UHGV virus genome: UHGV-0337617
Reading direction: 5' to 3' (one strand)
DNA length: 22,339 nt
Source of the DNA: a virus
In this document: positions 8,368 through 16,405 of the stretch, piece by piece
Position numbering within the stretch: the first letter of the stretch is position 1
Layout: the number at the start of each line of letters is the position of its first letter
Made by a program: the position numbers and the translations under genes
The notes under the pieces: generated by a model
The model's input: the letters and a program-made list of their open reading frames with translations, nothing else
Databases searched by the model: none
What the model was told of the DNA's origin: nothing

Positions 8368-8546
8368 GGCTTCCTCAGCTGACTTATATGTCCTGCTATA
8401 TAGCGAGTCTCAGAAGTGTTTTCATATTGAGACTGTTTCCGCAATGATTGATAATCAGTTACCGGATGCTTATCCGTGTCCGGCGCACGACCACACGTAG
8501 CCGCGTGTTGGTCCCCATTTTCAATTCAGCTCTCAATGGAGGATAA

Positions 8547-8774
8547 ATGATTAACGCAGAGCAACTCGAAAAAGAGATTTCAGAACTCAAAAAAGAATTA
8601 ATTTGGCACAAAGTTGCTATCTCCGCATTAATTCGTCAGGTAGTTTCACCTGAAGATAAAGTAAAGTTTATGAAGCAGTTCTCATCTTCATCAAAGGAGT
8701 TTTTCACTGACGAGGTTCATCCAGAGGCTGGATTTTGGATCCGTCAATTATTTTCGCAAGATAAGCGTAAATAG
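8547..8774 (+). CDS. Hypothetical protein (75 aa), N-terminal coiled-coil-like
   Basis: GGAGG RBS 7 nt upstream of ATG; rightward gene inside an otherwise leftward region. Confidence 0.5.
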   Translation: MINAEQLEKEISELKKELIWHKVAISALIRQVVSPEDKVKFMKQFSSSSKEFFTDEVHPEAGFWIRQLFSQDKRK

Positions 8775-8946
8775 CGTCATCAATACTCGCGTCGCTCTTG
8801 AATTTAAGAGCGATGCTCTTTATATCCTCTGAAATTATTACCAGATCACCATATGTTATATTTTTATTATTGCGCGCAGTGCTTTTTTGTATGAAATCAA
8901 GCAATTCACCAATGAGACAAATATGGTAAGCATCACAGTTTTTCAT
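8704..8946 (-). CDS. Hypothetical protein (80 aa from Met15), coupled to the upstream HTH gene
   Basis: ATGA overlap with the stop of 8943..9359; AAGGA RBS; 3' end overlaps convergent 8547..8774 by 71 nt. Confidence 0.4.
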   Translation of the reverse strand: MKNCDAYHICLIGELLDFIQKSTARNNKNITYGDLVIISEDIKSIALKFKSDASIDDAIYAYLAKIIDGSKIQPLDEPRQ

Positions 8947-9359
8947 GCGCAGATATCCTTTGCTGCCGTTTCGCCAGTTAACAGCCACATCGGATCGCAG
9001 CCAAGAATATTTGCCAGTGGGATAAGCATACTGATAGTTGGTTCATACTCTCCGCTCTCCCACTGGATGATAATTTCTTCATCGAGATCGAGCAGCCTGG
9101 CGAGTTCGGCGGTTGTTAAGCCGCAGGCTTCGCGTTGGGTGCGAAGACGGTTGTTGATTGCAGAATTTTTGTTCTGTAAAAGCATTGCTGACGATAGCTT
9201 TCTGGATATGCTATTTGTCATATCCCATGCCAGTCCTGCGCATGACTCTATATCGCTAGAGAGCGTAGCATCAGGTGTTGCTTTTGCTATTAGTGTAATG
9301 AGGCTGCCGAGGTTTTTCAGTTCTTCGAGACAGTCAAGAGTTGTAGCTTTATTGATCAT
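8943..9359 (-). CDS. HTH (XRE-type) DNA-binding protein with the helix-turn-helix at the C-terminus
   Basis: 138 aa; C-terminal LTTAELARLLDLDEEIIIQWESGEYEPTISMLIPLANILGCDPMWLL looks like an XRE HTH; first gene leftward of the OL operator cluster. Confidence 0.6.
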   Translation of the reverse strand: MINKATTLDCLEELKNLGSLITLIAKATPDATLSSDIESCAGLAWDMTNSISRKLSSAMLLQNKNSAINNRLRTQREACGLTTAELARLLDLDEEIIIQWESGEYEPTISMLIPLANILGCDPMWLLTGETAAKDICA

Positions 9360-9364
9360 GAGAT

Positions 9365-9442
9365 GATACCTCAGTTACGAACTTTGTTTTATGGTAACTA
9401 AGGTATCAAGGTGTGGCAAGTGATTTTTGATACTTTGGTTTC
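9365..9442. promoter_or_regulatory. Putative left operator (three 14-bp sites, GATAC-N4-GTNNC class)
   Basis: GATACCTCAGTTAC (9365-9378), GATACCTTAGTTAC (reverse, 9394-9407), GATACTTTGGTTTC (9429-9442); 32-bp centre spacing. Confidence 0.5.
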
Positions 9443-9462
9443 TTTTTGTGTTTTGTGTCTGG

Positions 9463-10119
9463 TCAGAAAATATCCCACCTGGCATCAACCACAACACCTA
9501 CTATTTCGCAATCATTGTCCATTTCTATGATTGGATATTGTGGATTAAGGGGCTTTAGAAACGCCTTTCCCATGTCAGAAATATATTTTTTGAATGTTGC
9601 TTCATTGGTGGATTTTTTTCTGGCGATGACGTAACACCCTGAAAAAACTTCTTTATCTGGGTTGACAAGGATCGACATTCCTTCAGGAAATGTTATTCCT
9701 ACGGGCGAAGTCATTGAGTCTCCGTGCACTTCCAGCCAGAACCCCCTCTCACCAGCGTATTTTACAGAATGCCTCCAATTATCCTGATCATACATGTTGT
9801 AGTCATCACCAGAAGTTGCGAATAATCCTGCCTGAACCCAGTTAATTACAGGGTAAGAGTGTGCTGTGTCTCTCTGTGGGCAGCTCTTAACATTATTTTC
9901 CCAATGCTTATCTTTTTCATCTCCGTTCTGAAGCCACTGCGGTGAACACCGCAGTGCAGCTGCAACTTTAAAAAGGGTGTCACCGTTGAAACTTTTTGTA
10001 AGGCCTTGCTCGGCTTTACTGATTGCAACTCTGGTGATCCCAGCTTTTTTAGCCAACGCATCTTGTGTTAACCCAGCTTTTTGCCGTGCGTTGATGAGAC
10101 GTTCACCTAAAGACTTCAT
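9463..10119 (-). CDS. cI: cI-like phage repressor with HTH and S24 (LexA-like) autopeptidase domain
   Basis: C-terminal FWLEVHGDSMTSP...FKK...LNPQYP resembles lambda cI; N-terminal HTH (MKSLGERLINARQKAGLTQDALAKKAGI); GAGGAG RBS before Met26 of the longest ORF. Confidence 0.85.
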   Translation of the reverse strand: MKSLGERLINARQKAGLTQDALAKKAGITRVAISKAEQGLTKSFNGDTLFKVAAALRCSPQWLQNGDEKDKHWENNVKSCPQRDTAHSYPVINWVQAGLFATSGDDYNMYDQDNWRHSVKYAGERGFWLEVHGDSMTSPVGITFPEGMSILVNPDKEVFSGCYVIARKKSTNEATFKKYISDMGKAFLKPLNPQYPIIEMDNDCEIVGVVVDARWDIF

Positions 10120-10143
10120 TTTTCTTCTCCTCTCATGGCTGTT

Positions 10144-10213
10144 GATACTAAAGTAACAGAATTTCTTGATACTTTGGATTCCCGCGGTTAACATCGTTGG
10201 ATAACAAAGTATC
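10144..10213. promoter_or_regulatory. Putative right operator (three 14-bp sites of the same class)
   Basis: GATACTAAAGTAAC (10144-10157), GATACTTTGGATTC (10168-10181), GATAACAAAGTATC (10200-10213, palindromic); between divergent cI and rightward genes. Confidence 0.55.
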
Positions 10214-10230
10214 TGGTGTGAGACTAAAGA

Positions 10231-10458
10231 ATGACCCTTTATGAAATATTAAAAATTCAATTTAAAACCAATGCCGCTATTGGTCGCAGGTTCCCAAAGA
10301 AAGGAAGGCCTCGTGGCAGTCAAGGTGTTGGAAAGTGGAAAACGCGAGGTGTTCCGGAGGATGTTGCCATTCTTTGTCATCTGGATCCGAGCATTCCATA
10401 TACACACCCAAGTCTAGCGAATACAGAAGATGACAAGCCCACAGGAGACCAACAATGA
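10231..10458 (+). CDS. Hypothetical small basic protein in the cro position
   Basis: First rightward ORF after the operator; weak RBS and no clear HTH, so coding status is uncertain. Confidence 0.3.
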   Translation: MTLYEILKIQFKTNAAIGRRFPKKGRPRGSQGVGKWKTRGVPEDVAILCHLDPSIPYTHPSLANTEDDKPTGDQQ

Positions 10459-11162
10459 ACACCGCAATTTTTAACGGCAAAGCATCCATGACCAGCGTTG
10501 AGATCGCAGAGCTGGTGGGTAAACGTCATGACAATGTGAAACGCACTATTGAAACATTAGCCAAAGGTGGCGTTGTCCGGTCTCCTCAAATTGAGGTTTC
10601 CGAAAGAATCAATAACTTAGGTTTTAAAGTTCAATATGAGCATTACCTGTTTGAAGGAGAACAAGGTAAGCGCGACAGCATCATTGTCGTCGCACAGCTC
10701 TGTCCTGAATTCACTGCTCGCCTGGTAGATCGCTGGCACGAACTGGAAGAACAGATCCGTAAGCCAATGAGCGAAATCGAAATGGTTGCCGCGATGGCTC
10801 TTGAAGCAGTTCGTCAGCAGAAACGGATCACTCAGGTGGAAGAAAAAGTCAGCCACGTTGCTGAAACAGTCGAGCAAATTAAAAAGGGCACTATTCGTGA
10901 GGGCTATGCCGGATATCGCCAACTGAAAGCAAAAACCGGTTTGTCAGATGATAAATGCCGCAATCTGGTGAACGCCTATCAGATTCCTACAGACACCCAT
11001 GAGTTCATGACGCCGGACGGATTGTTGTCACGTCGCGCAATTGTTGCTGTGGAACCGTTTATGGCTGCTTTTTATCGGGTTATGGAGGAAGCAGAACCGC
11101 GAGGGACTCGCTGGTATCACCCGAAAATGGGGTTATTTCAGGTTATTGGTTGGCAGCGGTGA
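10455..11162 (+). CDS. Rha-family phage regulatory protein
   Basis: 235 aa; N-terminal region resembles Rha family (SVEIAELVGKRHDNVKRTIETL); AGGAGA RBS; ATGA overlap with previous ORF. Confidence 0.7.
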   Translation: MNTAIFNGKASMTSVEIAELVGKRHDNVKRTIETLAKGGVVRSPQIEVSERINNLGFKVQYEHYLFEGEQGKRDSIIVVAQLCPEFTARLVDRWHELEEQIRKPMSEIEMVAAMALEAVRQQKRITQVEEKVSHVAETVEQIKKGTIREGYAGYRQLKAKTGLSDDKCRNLVNAYQIPTDTHEFMTPDGLLSRRAIVAVEPFMAAFYRVMEEAEPRGTRWYHPKMGLFQVIGWQR

Positions 11163-11384
11163 AAAAAAGCCGGGAGTAACCCGGCTCACTCAACATCAAT
11201 AACGGGGAGCTGTTTCGCATAAAACGGCTCCGAAACATCCAAGAACAGTTCTAAAGATATCAGCAGCTATATGATCATTTCAAGACCAAATATTGATTCT
11301 GCAATTTCGGGACGTTACACTGTCTCCGCACCTTATAAAGCGGGTGCCGGGGGTCGCAGCCCGGAATTGTCAACGGCGATATAT

Positions 11385-11404
11385 GACGCGCCAGCGTCTT
11401 TTTT
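11385..11404 (+). terminator. Putative intrinsic terminator inside the early-right operon
   Basis: GACGC-GCCA-GCGTC hairpin followed by TTTTTT. Confidence 0.4.
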
Positions 11405-11570
11405 ATCGTCCGCGCTCACGCACGCCAGAATTATGGTGGGCTGGGCAGGGGAGCCGAAAGGCTCGCCGGTCTCCGTTGACGCCGGTACTGCGAACCCTGT
11501 TCAGTCTGCCACCAGTGAGTTTCGCAGCTCCGGTGGTGGAAGTTTTCCACAGTCAACGGAGGCTGCCATC

Positions 11571-12122
11571 ATGGCTACGATCCCAACCCTCACTCAACCT
11601 GAAATTGCCATCGTTGATGGTCAGGCTGTTACTTCATCCCTGGCTGTTGCCAACTTCTTCTCCAAGCGTCATGACGATGTACTGAAAAAGATCCGCACGC
11701 TTGAATGCTCCGCATCATTCACTGCCCGCAATTTTTCGGTGAGTGATTACACCGATTGCACAGGCCGCAAACTACCTTGCTATCAAATCACCCGTGATGG
11801 CTTCGCGTTCCTTGCTATGGGCTTTACTGGCAAACGTGCAGCCCGGTTCAAAGAGGCATACATCAACGCCTTTAACCTGATGGAGAAGAGTTTATCAGGT
11901 GCCGATGCGTCTGATATGTCAGCTGTCGCACGAAACGCCAGAGGCGTATACCTGCATTTGCGTGAAATCCATCAAATCTGGACAAGCCAGCTTTATCCAA
12001 TGCTTAAGGCCGTTGAATCTCCGCTGGCTAGCAAACTGTACGACCGTGTTGGTGATGCTGTTTTTGGCGCTGCACTTGTTGATTCCAGGCTGAATGGTTC
12101 TGACAAGGAGGTTCGCCCATGA
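11571..12122 (+). CDS. Rha-family phage regulatory protein (second copy, divergent sequence)
   Basis: GGAGG 8 nt upstream of ATG at 11571; PEIAIVDGQAVTSSLAVANFFSKRHDDVLKKIRTL is Rha-like; the ORF is open upstream to 11271 but that extension is low-complexity. Confidence 0.6.
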   Translation: MATIPTLTQPEIAIVDGQAVTSSLAVANFFSKRHDDVLKKIRTLECSASFTARNFSVSDYTDCTGRKLPCYQITRDGFAFLAMGFTGKRAARFKEAYINAFNLMEKSLSGADASDMSAVARNARGVYLHLREIHQIWTSQLYPMLKAVESPLASKLYDRVGDAVFGAALVDSRLNGSDKEVRP

Positions 12123-12313
12123 TTAGTTACGAAATCATCATCTCCACTACGGAATACAGAAACGATGTATCAGTTCGCACGGATGTATCTGTCTGGCACC
12201 GTCGCTATAAATCCAGAAAAACAGCGGAACTGAAAGCGGCAGAGATGTGTGAAACCATCTCAATGAAAGGTAGCCCGGTTAAATACGTAACTACGGTGGA
12301 GGTGCGTCCATGA
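12119..12313 (+). CDS. Hypothetical protein (64 aa)
   Basis: ATGA overlap with previous gene. Confidence 0.45.
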   Translation: MISYEIIISTTEYRNDVSVRTDVSVWHRRYKSRKTAELKAAEMCETISMKGSPVKYVTTVEVRP

Positions 12314-12534
12314 TCCGCCACATCGTTAATTCCCTGTATCACCGATACAACCGTTGCCCCCGTGTGGGGCAGTGGTTCGCCACCAGCAACGGTCACGTTC
12401 TGCGGGTTTGCCTAGTCAACGCTGAAAGCCAGAAAGTCGTGTGCGAACTACAGGGGCGTAGCTACACCATCAGTTACCCTCTGGCGGTATTTCTGTCTGG
12501 AAAAATGTTTAAGCGTCTGGGAGGTGTGGCGTGA
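12310..12534 (+). CDS. Hypothetical protein (74 aa)
   Basis: ATGA overlap with previous gene. Confidence 0.45.
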   Translation: MIRHIVNSLYHRYNRCPRVGQWFATSNGHVLRVCLVNAESQKVVCELQGRSYTISYPLAVFLSGKMFKRLGGVA

Positions 12535-12830
12535 ACTGTTTTCAGTTTGTGTGCGGATGTGCTTTCGATAACCCGATTCAGCGCCTAATTATGTTGCGTG
12601 TTTTGATGTCGGGTTCTTCAGACGGTGAAGGCGAGAGAGTTATTGATCATCAGGTGCTTGCTGATTTCTGCTGTTGTTCTAAGCAAGCGATATTCAGGGA
12701 AACCCTGGCACTGGAAAGAGCTGGTTATCTTCATATCCGAAAAATTGCAACGCTTACTATTGATGCAAAAGCCAGACTACAACCTGCGCGTGGCTACACA
12801 ATTCTCATGCCGCGGAAGGAGGTTGTATGA
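12531..12830 (+). CDS. Hypothetical protein (99 aa)
   Basis: 4-nt overlaps on both sides; precedes replication genes. Confidence 0.45.
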   Translation: MNCFQFVCGCAFDNPIQRLIMLRVLMSGSSDGEGERVIDHQVLADFCCCSKQAIFRETLALERAGYLHIRKIATLTIDAKARLQPARGYTILMPRKEVV

Positions 12831-13819
12831 GCCGTTACGCCCCCACACCGGAAGTTATGGCTATTGGTCAAATTAATATTTCCGGCAATGTTACACCTGC
12901 GAACTGGTGGAAATATATTCGACTACCCAGTGGGCGTCCGGATGCGACGGCTATCGCTCTGCTTTCAGAGATCGTTTACTGGTACCGCCCGACAGAGGTC
13001 AGGGATGAGCACACCGGAGCGTTGTTGGGATATCGCAAGCGTTTTCAGGGCGACAAACTGCAAAGAAGCTACCAGGCGTTTGCTGAGCAGTTTGGTTTCG
13101 GGAAAAGGGAAACCGCAGATGCGCTGAAGCGTCTGCGCGATGCAGGGTTTATTACTCTGGATTTACGCACGGTGGAAATGCTCGATGGGGTGAAATGCAG
13201 CAATATTTTGTTTGTCGGGATCAACCCACAGGCAATTGCGGCCATCACCACACCTTCTTCTGTTTCGCCAGAAAGTAACAGCAATAATGCAATCAGCGAT
13301 ACAGCTATTACGTTAAAACGGAACACCCCCCGACGTCATAACGGAACAGGGGATACGCCGAATGTTGATACAAATACAGAGATTACTACAGAGATTACAA
13401 CGGAGACTAAAAACACTATTGATGCATCCGCTGACGCGTCTGCGCCAGCGCGTTCTGCCCGACAGGAATATTCACCGGAATTTGAACAGGCCTGGCAGGA
13501 ATATCCCAAACGTGCTGGTGGCAATTCCAAGTCAGCAGCCTTCAAAGCCTGGAAAGCCCGTATCAGGGAGGGAATAAAACCGGAGACCATGCTTGATGGC
13601 GTGAAGCGGTATGCCGCCTGGGTACGTGCTACAGGAAATACCGGCACACAGTTCGTGAAGCAGGCTGCGACGTTCTTTGGACCCGATCGTCACTTCGAAG
13701 ATTACTGGCAACAGCCAGCCGCTCACGGAGGTGGGCGACAGCGACAGGTCGATGTCCTGGCTGGCCTGGGAGCCATGTCTGACAAATTCGGTAAATCCAG
13801 TAACAAATTGACATTCTGA
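12827..13819 (+). CDS. Replication initiation protein (O-like), with internal tandem repeats
   Basis: 330 aa; GGAGG RBS; immediately upstream of DnaC-like and DnaB-like genes; central TEITTEITTETK linker encoded by tandem 12-bp repeats. Confidence 0.65.
   Translation: MSRYAPTPEVMAIGQINISGNVTPANWWKYIRLPSGRPDATAIALLSEIVYWYRPTEVRDEHTGALLGYRKRFQGDKLQRSYQAFAEQFGFGKRETADALKRLRDAGFITLDLRTVEMLDGVKCSNILFVGINPQAIAAITTPSSVSPESNSNNAISDTAITLKRNTPRRHNGTGDTPNVDTNTEITTEITTETKNTIDASADASAPARSARQEYSPEFEQAWQEYPKRAGGNSKSAAFKAWKARIREGIKPETMLDGVKRYAAWVRATGNTGTQFVKQAATFFGPDRHFEDYWQQPAAHGGGRQRQVDVLAGLGAMSDKFGKSSNKLTF
13376..13411. repeat. Tandem 12-bp repeats ACAGAGATTAC(T/A) x2 plus a degenerate third; candidate origin iterons inside the O-like gene
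   Basis: acagagattact / acagagattaca / acggagactaaa read directly. Confidence 0.35.
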
Positions 13820-13820
13820 G

Positions 13821-14708
13821 GTGACAGCGATGATGACGATTGACCAACGTGAGAAACAAACAAGACTACAGGCGCGAATGGATGAGTTACGGGCAGAGAT
13901 TGCATTTGCTCAGAAGGGCGAAAAGCCATGGCCTTATCGTTCCTGCCTGATGCGTGAAGGTCGCGGATATTGCGAAAAACACGGTAAATATCGTACGCAT
14001 ATACTGGTGTGGATCGATCGTAATGGCGAGGACAGAGAAAAAATTTCATGCTGCCCTGACTGCTTGATCGCTGAGGCCAGTGATTTGACCATGGAACTGT
14101 CGTCCCTCAAGGCGGAAGAACTGACTGATAACGCCGGAATTGCTCTGCGTTTTCGGGACTGCGAGTTTGATAATTATCTGGAGGTTAATCCTGACGCAGC
14201 CAGAAATCTTGCGGCCTGTCGCCGCTATGCGGAGAACTGGCCAGATATGCTGGAGAACGGTACCAGTCTTGTTATGACCGGCAGTTGCGGTACCGGGAAA
14301 AATCATCTGGCGGTATCAATGGCAAAACACATCATCCGTAACTATCTGGCCAGTGTGGAGATCACCGACGTGATGCGCCTTACCCGGGCTGTGAAAAACT
14401 GCTGGCGGAATGACAGTGAAAAAACAGCGGATGACGTCATTGAGCATTATGCGTCACTGGATTTGCTGATTGTCGACGAAGTCGGCGTTCAGTTTGGCAG
14501 TGCGGCTGAAATGGCCATTTTGCAGGAAATTATCAATGCCCGGTATGAGGGTATTTTGCCAACTATCCTGATCAGCAACCTTTCACCGGAAGAATTGTGG
14601 GCGTTCATCAGTCCCCGGATTGCCGACAGGATCACCGATGGCGGGCGCAACTGGTTGTCGTTTAACTGGCCCAGCTACCGTTCTCGTATCGGAGGTGTTG
14701 CCGCATGA
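13821..14708 (+). CDS. DnaC-like helicase loader (IstB-like AAA+ ATPase)
   Basis: Walker A GSCGTGKNHL, Walker B LLIVDEVG; N-terminal Cys/His cluster; stop overlaps helicase start. Confidence 0.8.
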   Translation: MTAMMTIDQREKQTRLQARMDELRAEIAFAQKGEKPWPYRSCLMREGRGYCEKHGKYRTHILVWIDRNGEDREKISCCPDCLIAEASDLTMELSSLKAEELTDNAGIALRFRDCEFDNYLEVNPDAARNLAACRRYAENWPDMLENGTSLVMTGSCGTGKNHLAVSMAKHIIRNYLASVEITDVMRLTRAVKNCWRNDSEKTADDVIEHYASLDLLIVDEVGVQFGSAAEMAILQEIINARYEGILPTILISNLSPEELWAFISPRIADRITDGGRNWLSFNWPSYRSRIGGVAA

Positions 14709-16105
14709 CCAGCCAGAACACCCCGGCATGGCGTAACGATGACCTGGAAGGCGCTGTCATCGGTGCGTTTTTTCTGCGTGGGGCCGATCCGGAAGTGATG
14801 GATATTCTGGCCACACTTCCGGCGGATGTATTTTTTGTGCGTCAGTACCGGGATATTTACGCGGGGATTTGCAGACAGGCTCGCATATCCGGCGTCATTG
14901 ACCCCGTACTGCTGTGCAATGAGATGCCGGAACTTGCCCCGGTGATTACCGACACCGGACGCAAAACCTGGGTGAAGTCTTCACTGGAGCACTATGTCGC
15001 AGCGTTGCGGCGCAATGCCGCACTGCGTGATGCAGAAAAAACACTGACTGAAGCATTACAGAATTTACGTGATGCGTATACCTGTGAAGCAGCCGAGGAT
15101 GCCCTGAAGGATGCGCAGAACATGATGGCCTCACTGTCGACCGGAAAGGGCGTCATTCAGCCGGTTCACATTGATGATGTCCTTCCGGAAGTGGTCGACC
15201 GTGTTGAATGCCGCAATCAGGGACTGGAGAAATCCAGGGCGCTGATGACCGGTATTGATGAACTGGACGCAAAAACGGGCGGTATGGAGCCCGGAGACCT
15301 GGTATTCATTGCCGCCCGTCCTTCGATGGGGAAAACCGAACTTGCGCTGGACATCATCGACAAGGTGACTGAGCAGGGGCATGGCGTGCTTCTGTTCACC
15401 ATGGAGATGGCGAACATCCAGATTGGTGAACGTATGGTGTCTGCTGCCGGTGGAATGCCGGTATCCCGTCTTAAGTCTGTTGCCCGTTTTGAAGATGAAG
15501 ACTGGGCGCGTTTCTCGCAGGGCGTGGGACGAATGACGGGGCGTAATATCTGGATGGTGGACCAGGCAAACCTGACCATTGATGAGATATGTGCAACCAC
15601 GAAGCACCACCGGATGAAACACCCGGAAACGGCGCTGGTGGTGGTCGATTACCTCGGCCTGATTAAAACCCGCAGCACGGGGCGTCACGACCTTGCGGTG
15701 GGGGAAATCTCAAAGGGACTTAAAAGCCTGGCAAAATCCGGCGGTTTTCCGCTGATTGCTCTGAGCCAGCTCTCCCGCGGCGTGGAATCCAGACCCAATA
15801 AACGCCCAATGAACTCGGACCTGAAAAACTCCGGGGAAATCGAGGCGGATGCCGACATCATTCTGATGCTTTACAGGGATGAGGTATACAACCCGGAAAC
15901 TCAGGCCAGAGGCATAGCAGAAATCAACATCACGAAACAGCGTAATGGCACGCTCGGGACCATTTACCGGCGTTTTCATAACGGACATTTTCTGCCTGTG
16001 GACCAGGAGAGTGCCCGGGTTCTTTCCACACCCATGACGCCGGGCAATCCGCGCAGATACAGCAATAACCGCATGTCGGGCAGTAAAACGGAGCGTTTAT
16101 TTTGA
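14705..16105 (+). CDS. Replicative DNA helicase (DnaB-like)
   Basis: 466 aa; Walker A ARPSMGKT; DnaB-like C-terminal RecA fold motifs (ALSQLSR, ADADIILMLYRDEVY). Confidence 0.85.
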   Translation: MTSQNTPAWRNDDLEGAVIGAFFLRGADPEVMDILATLPADVFFVRQYRDIYAGICRQARISGVIDPVLLCNEMPELAPVITDTGRKTWVKSSLEHYVAALRRNAALRDAEKTLTEALQNLRDAYTCEAAEDALKDAQNMMASLSTGKGVIQPVHIDDVLPEVVDRVECRNQGLEKSRALMTGIDELDAKTGGMEPGDLVFIAARPSMGKTELALDIIDKVTEQGHGVLLFTMEMANIQIGERMVSAAGGMPVSRLKSVARFEDEDWARFSQGVGRMTGRNIWMVDQANLTIDEICATTKHHRMKHPETALVVVDYLGLIKTRSTGRHDLAVGEISKGLKSLAKSGGFPLIALSQLSRGVESRPNKRPMNSDLKNSGEIEADADIILMLYRDEVYNPETQARGIAEINITKQRNGTLGTIYRRFHNGHFLPVDQESARVLSTPMTPGNPRRYSNNRMSGSKTERLF

Positions 16106-16359
16106 ACAACAGAACAATCACTGTTTCACCGGAACAACTTCGTCGGCAGGCGCAGGAGATGCTTCGTTGTGCTGAACAGATGGAAAAAACGAGCGTGAAA
16201 AAAGATACGCTCCGCAAGCAGCTTACTCCGGCGCTTAGTGATCTGCTGCAGGCAAAACACCGCACACAAAAGGCGGTGGATGAGCTGGTGGATTGCGTGG
16301 CGGAACTGGAAGGACAGGTAAGCCAGTTTGAAACGCTGGTGAAGGAGTTTACTGCGTGA
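16102..16359 (+). CDS. Hypothetical coiled-coil protein (85 aa), TTG start
   Basis: Start overlaps helicase stop; predicted helical. Confidence 0.45.
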   Translation: MNNRTITVSPEQLRRQAQEMLRCAEQMEKTSVKKDTLRKQLTPALSDLLQAKHRTQKAVDELVDCVAELEGQVSQFETLVKEFTA

Positions 16360-16405
16360 TGGCTGAATTTTTTTCTCCTGCGTTCATGCAATACCGTTCG
16401 CTGAG

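Noticed and set aside
9463-10194. Longest form of the repressor ORF starting at 10194
   Set aside because: The extra 25 codons run through the operator region and lack an RBS; Met26 at 10119 has a GAGGAG RBS and starts the HTH.
11271-11570. 100-codon N-terminal extension of the second Rha gene
   Set aside because: Low-complexity Gly/Ser/Ala-rich translation, contains terminator hairpins, and a GGAGG RBS precedes the internal ATG at 11571; left open as a finding.
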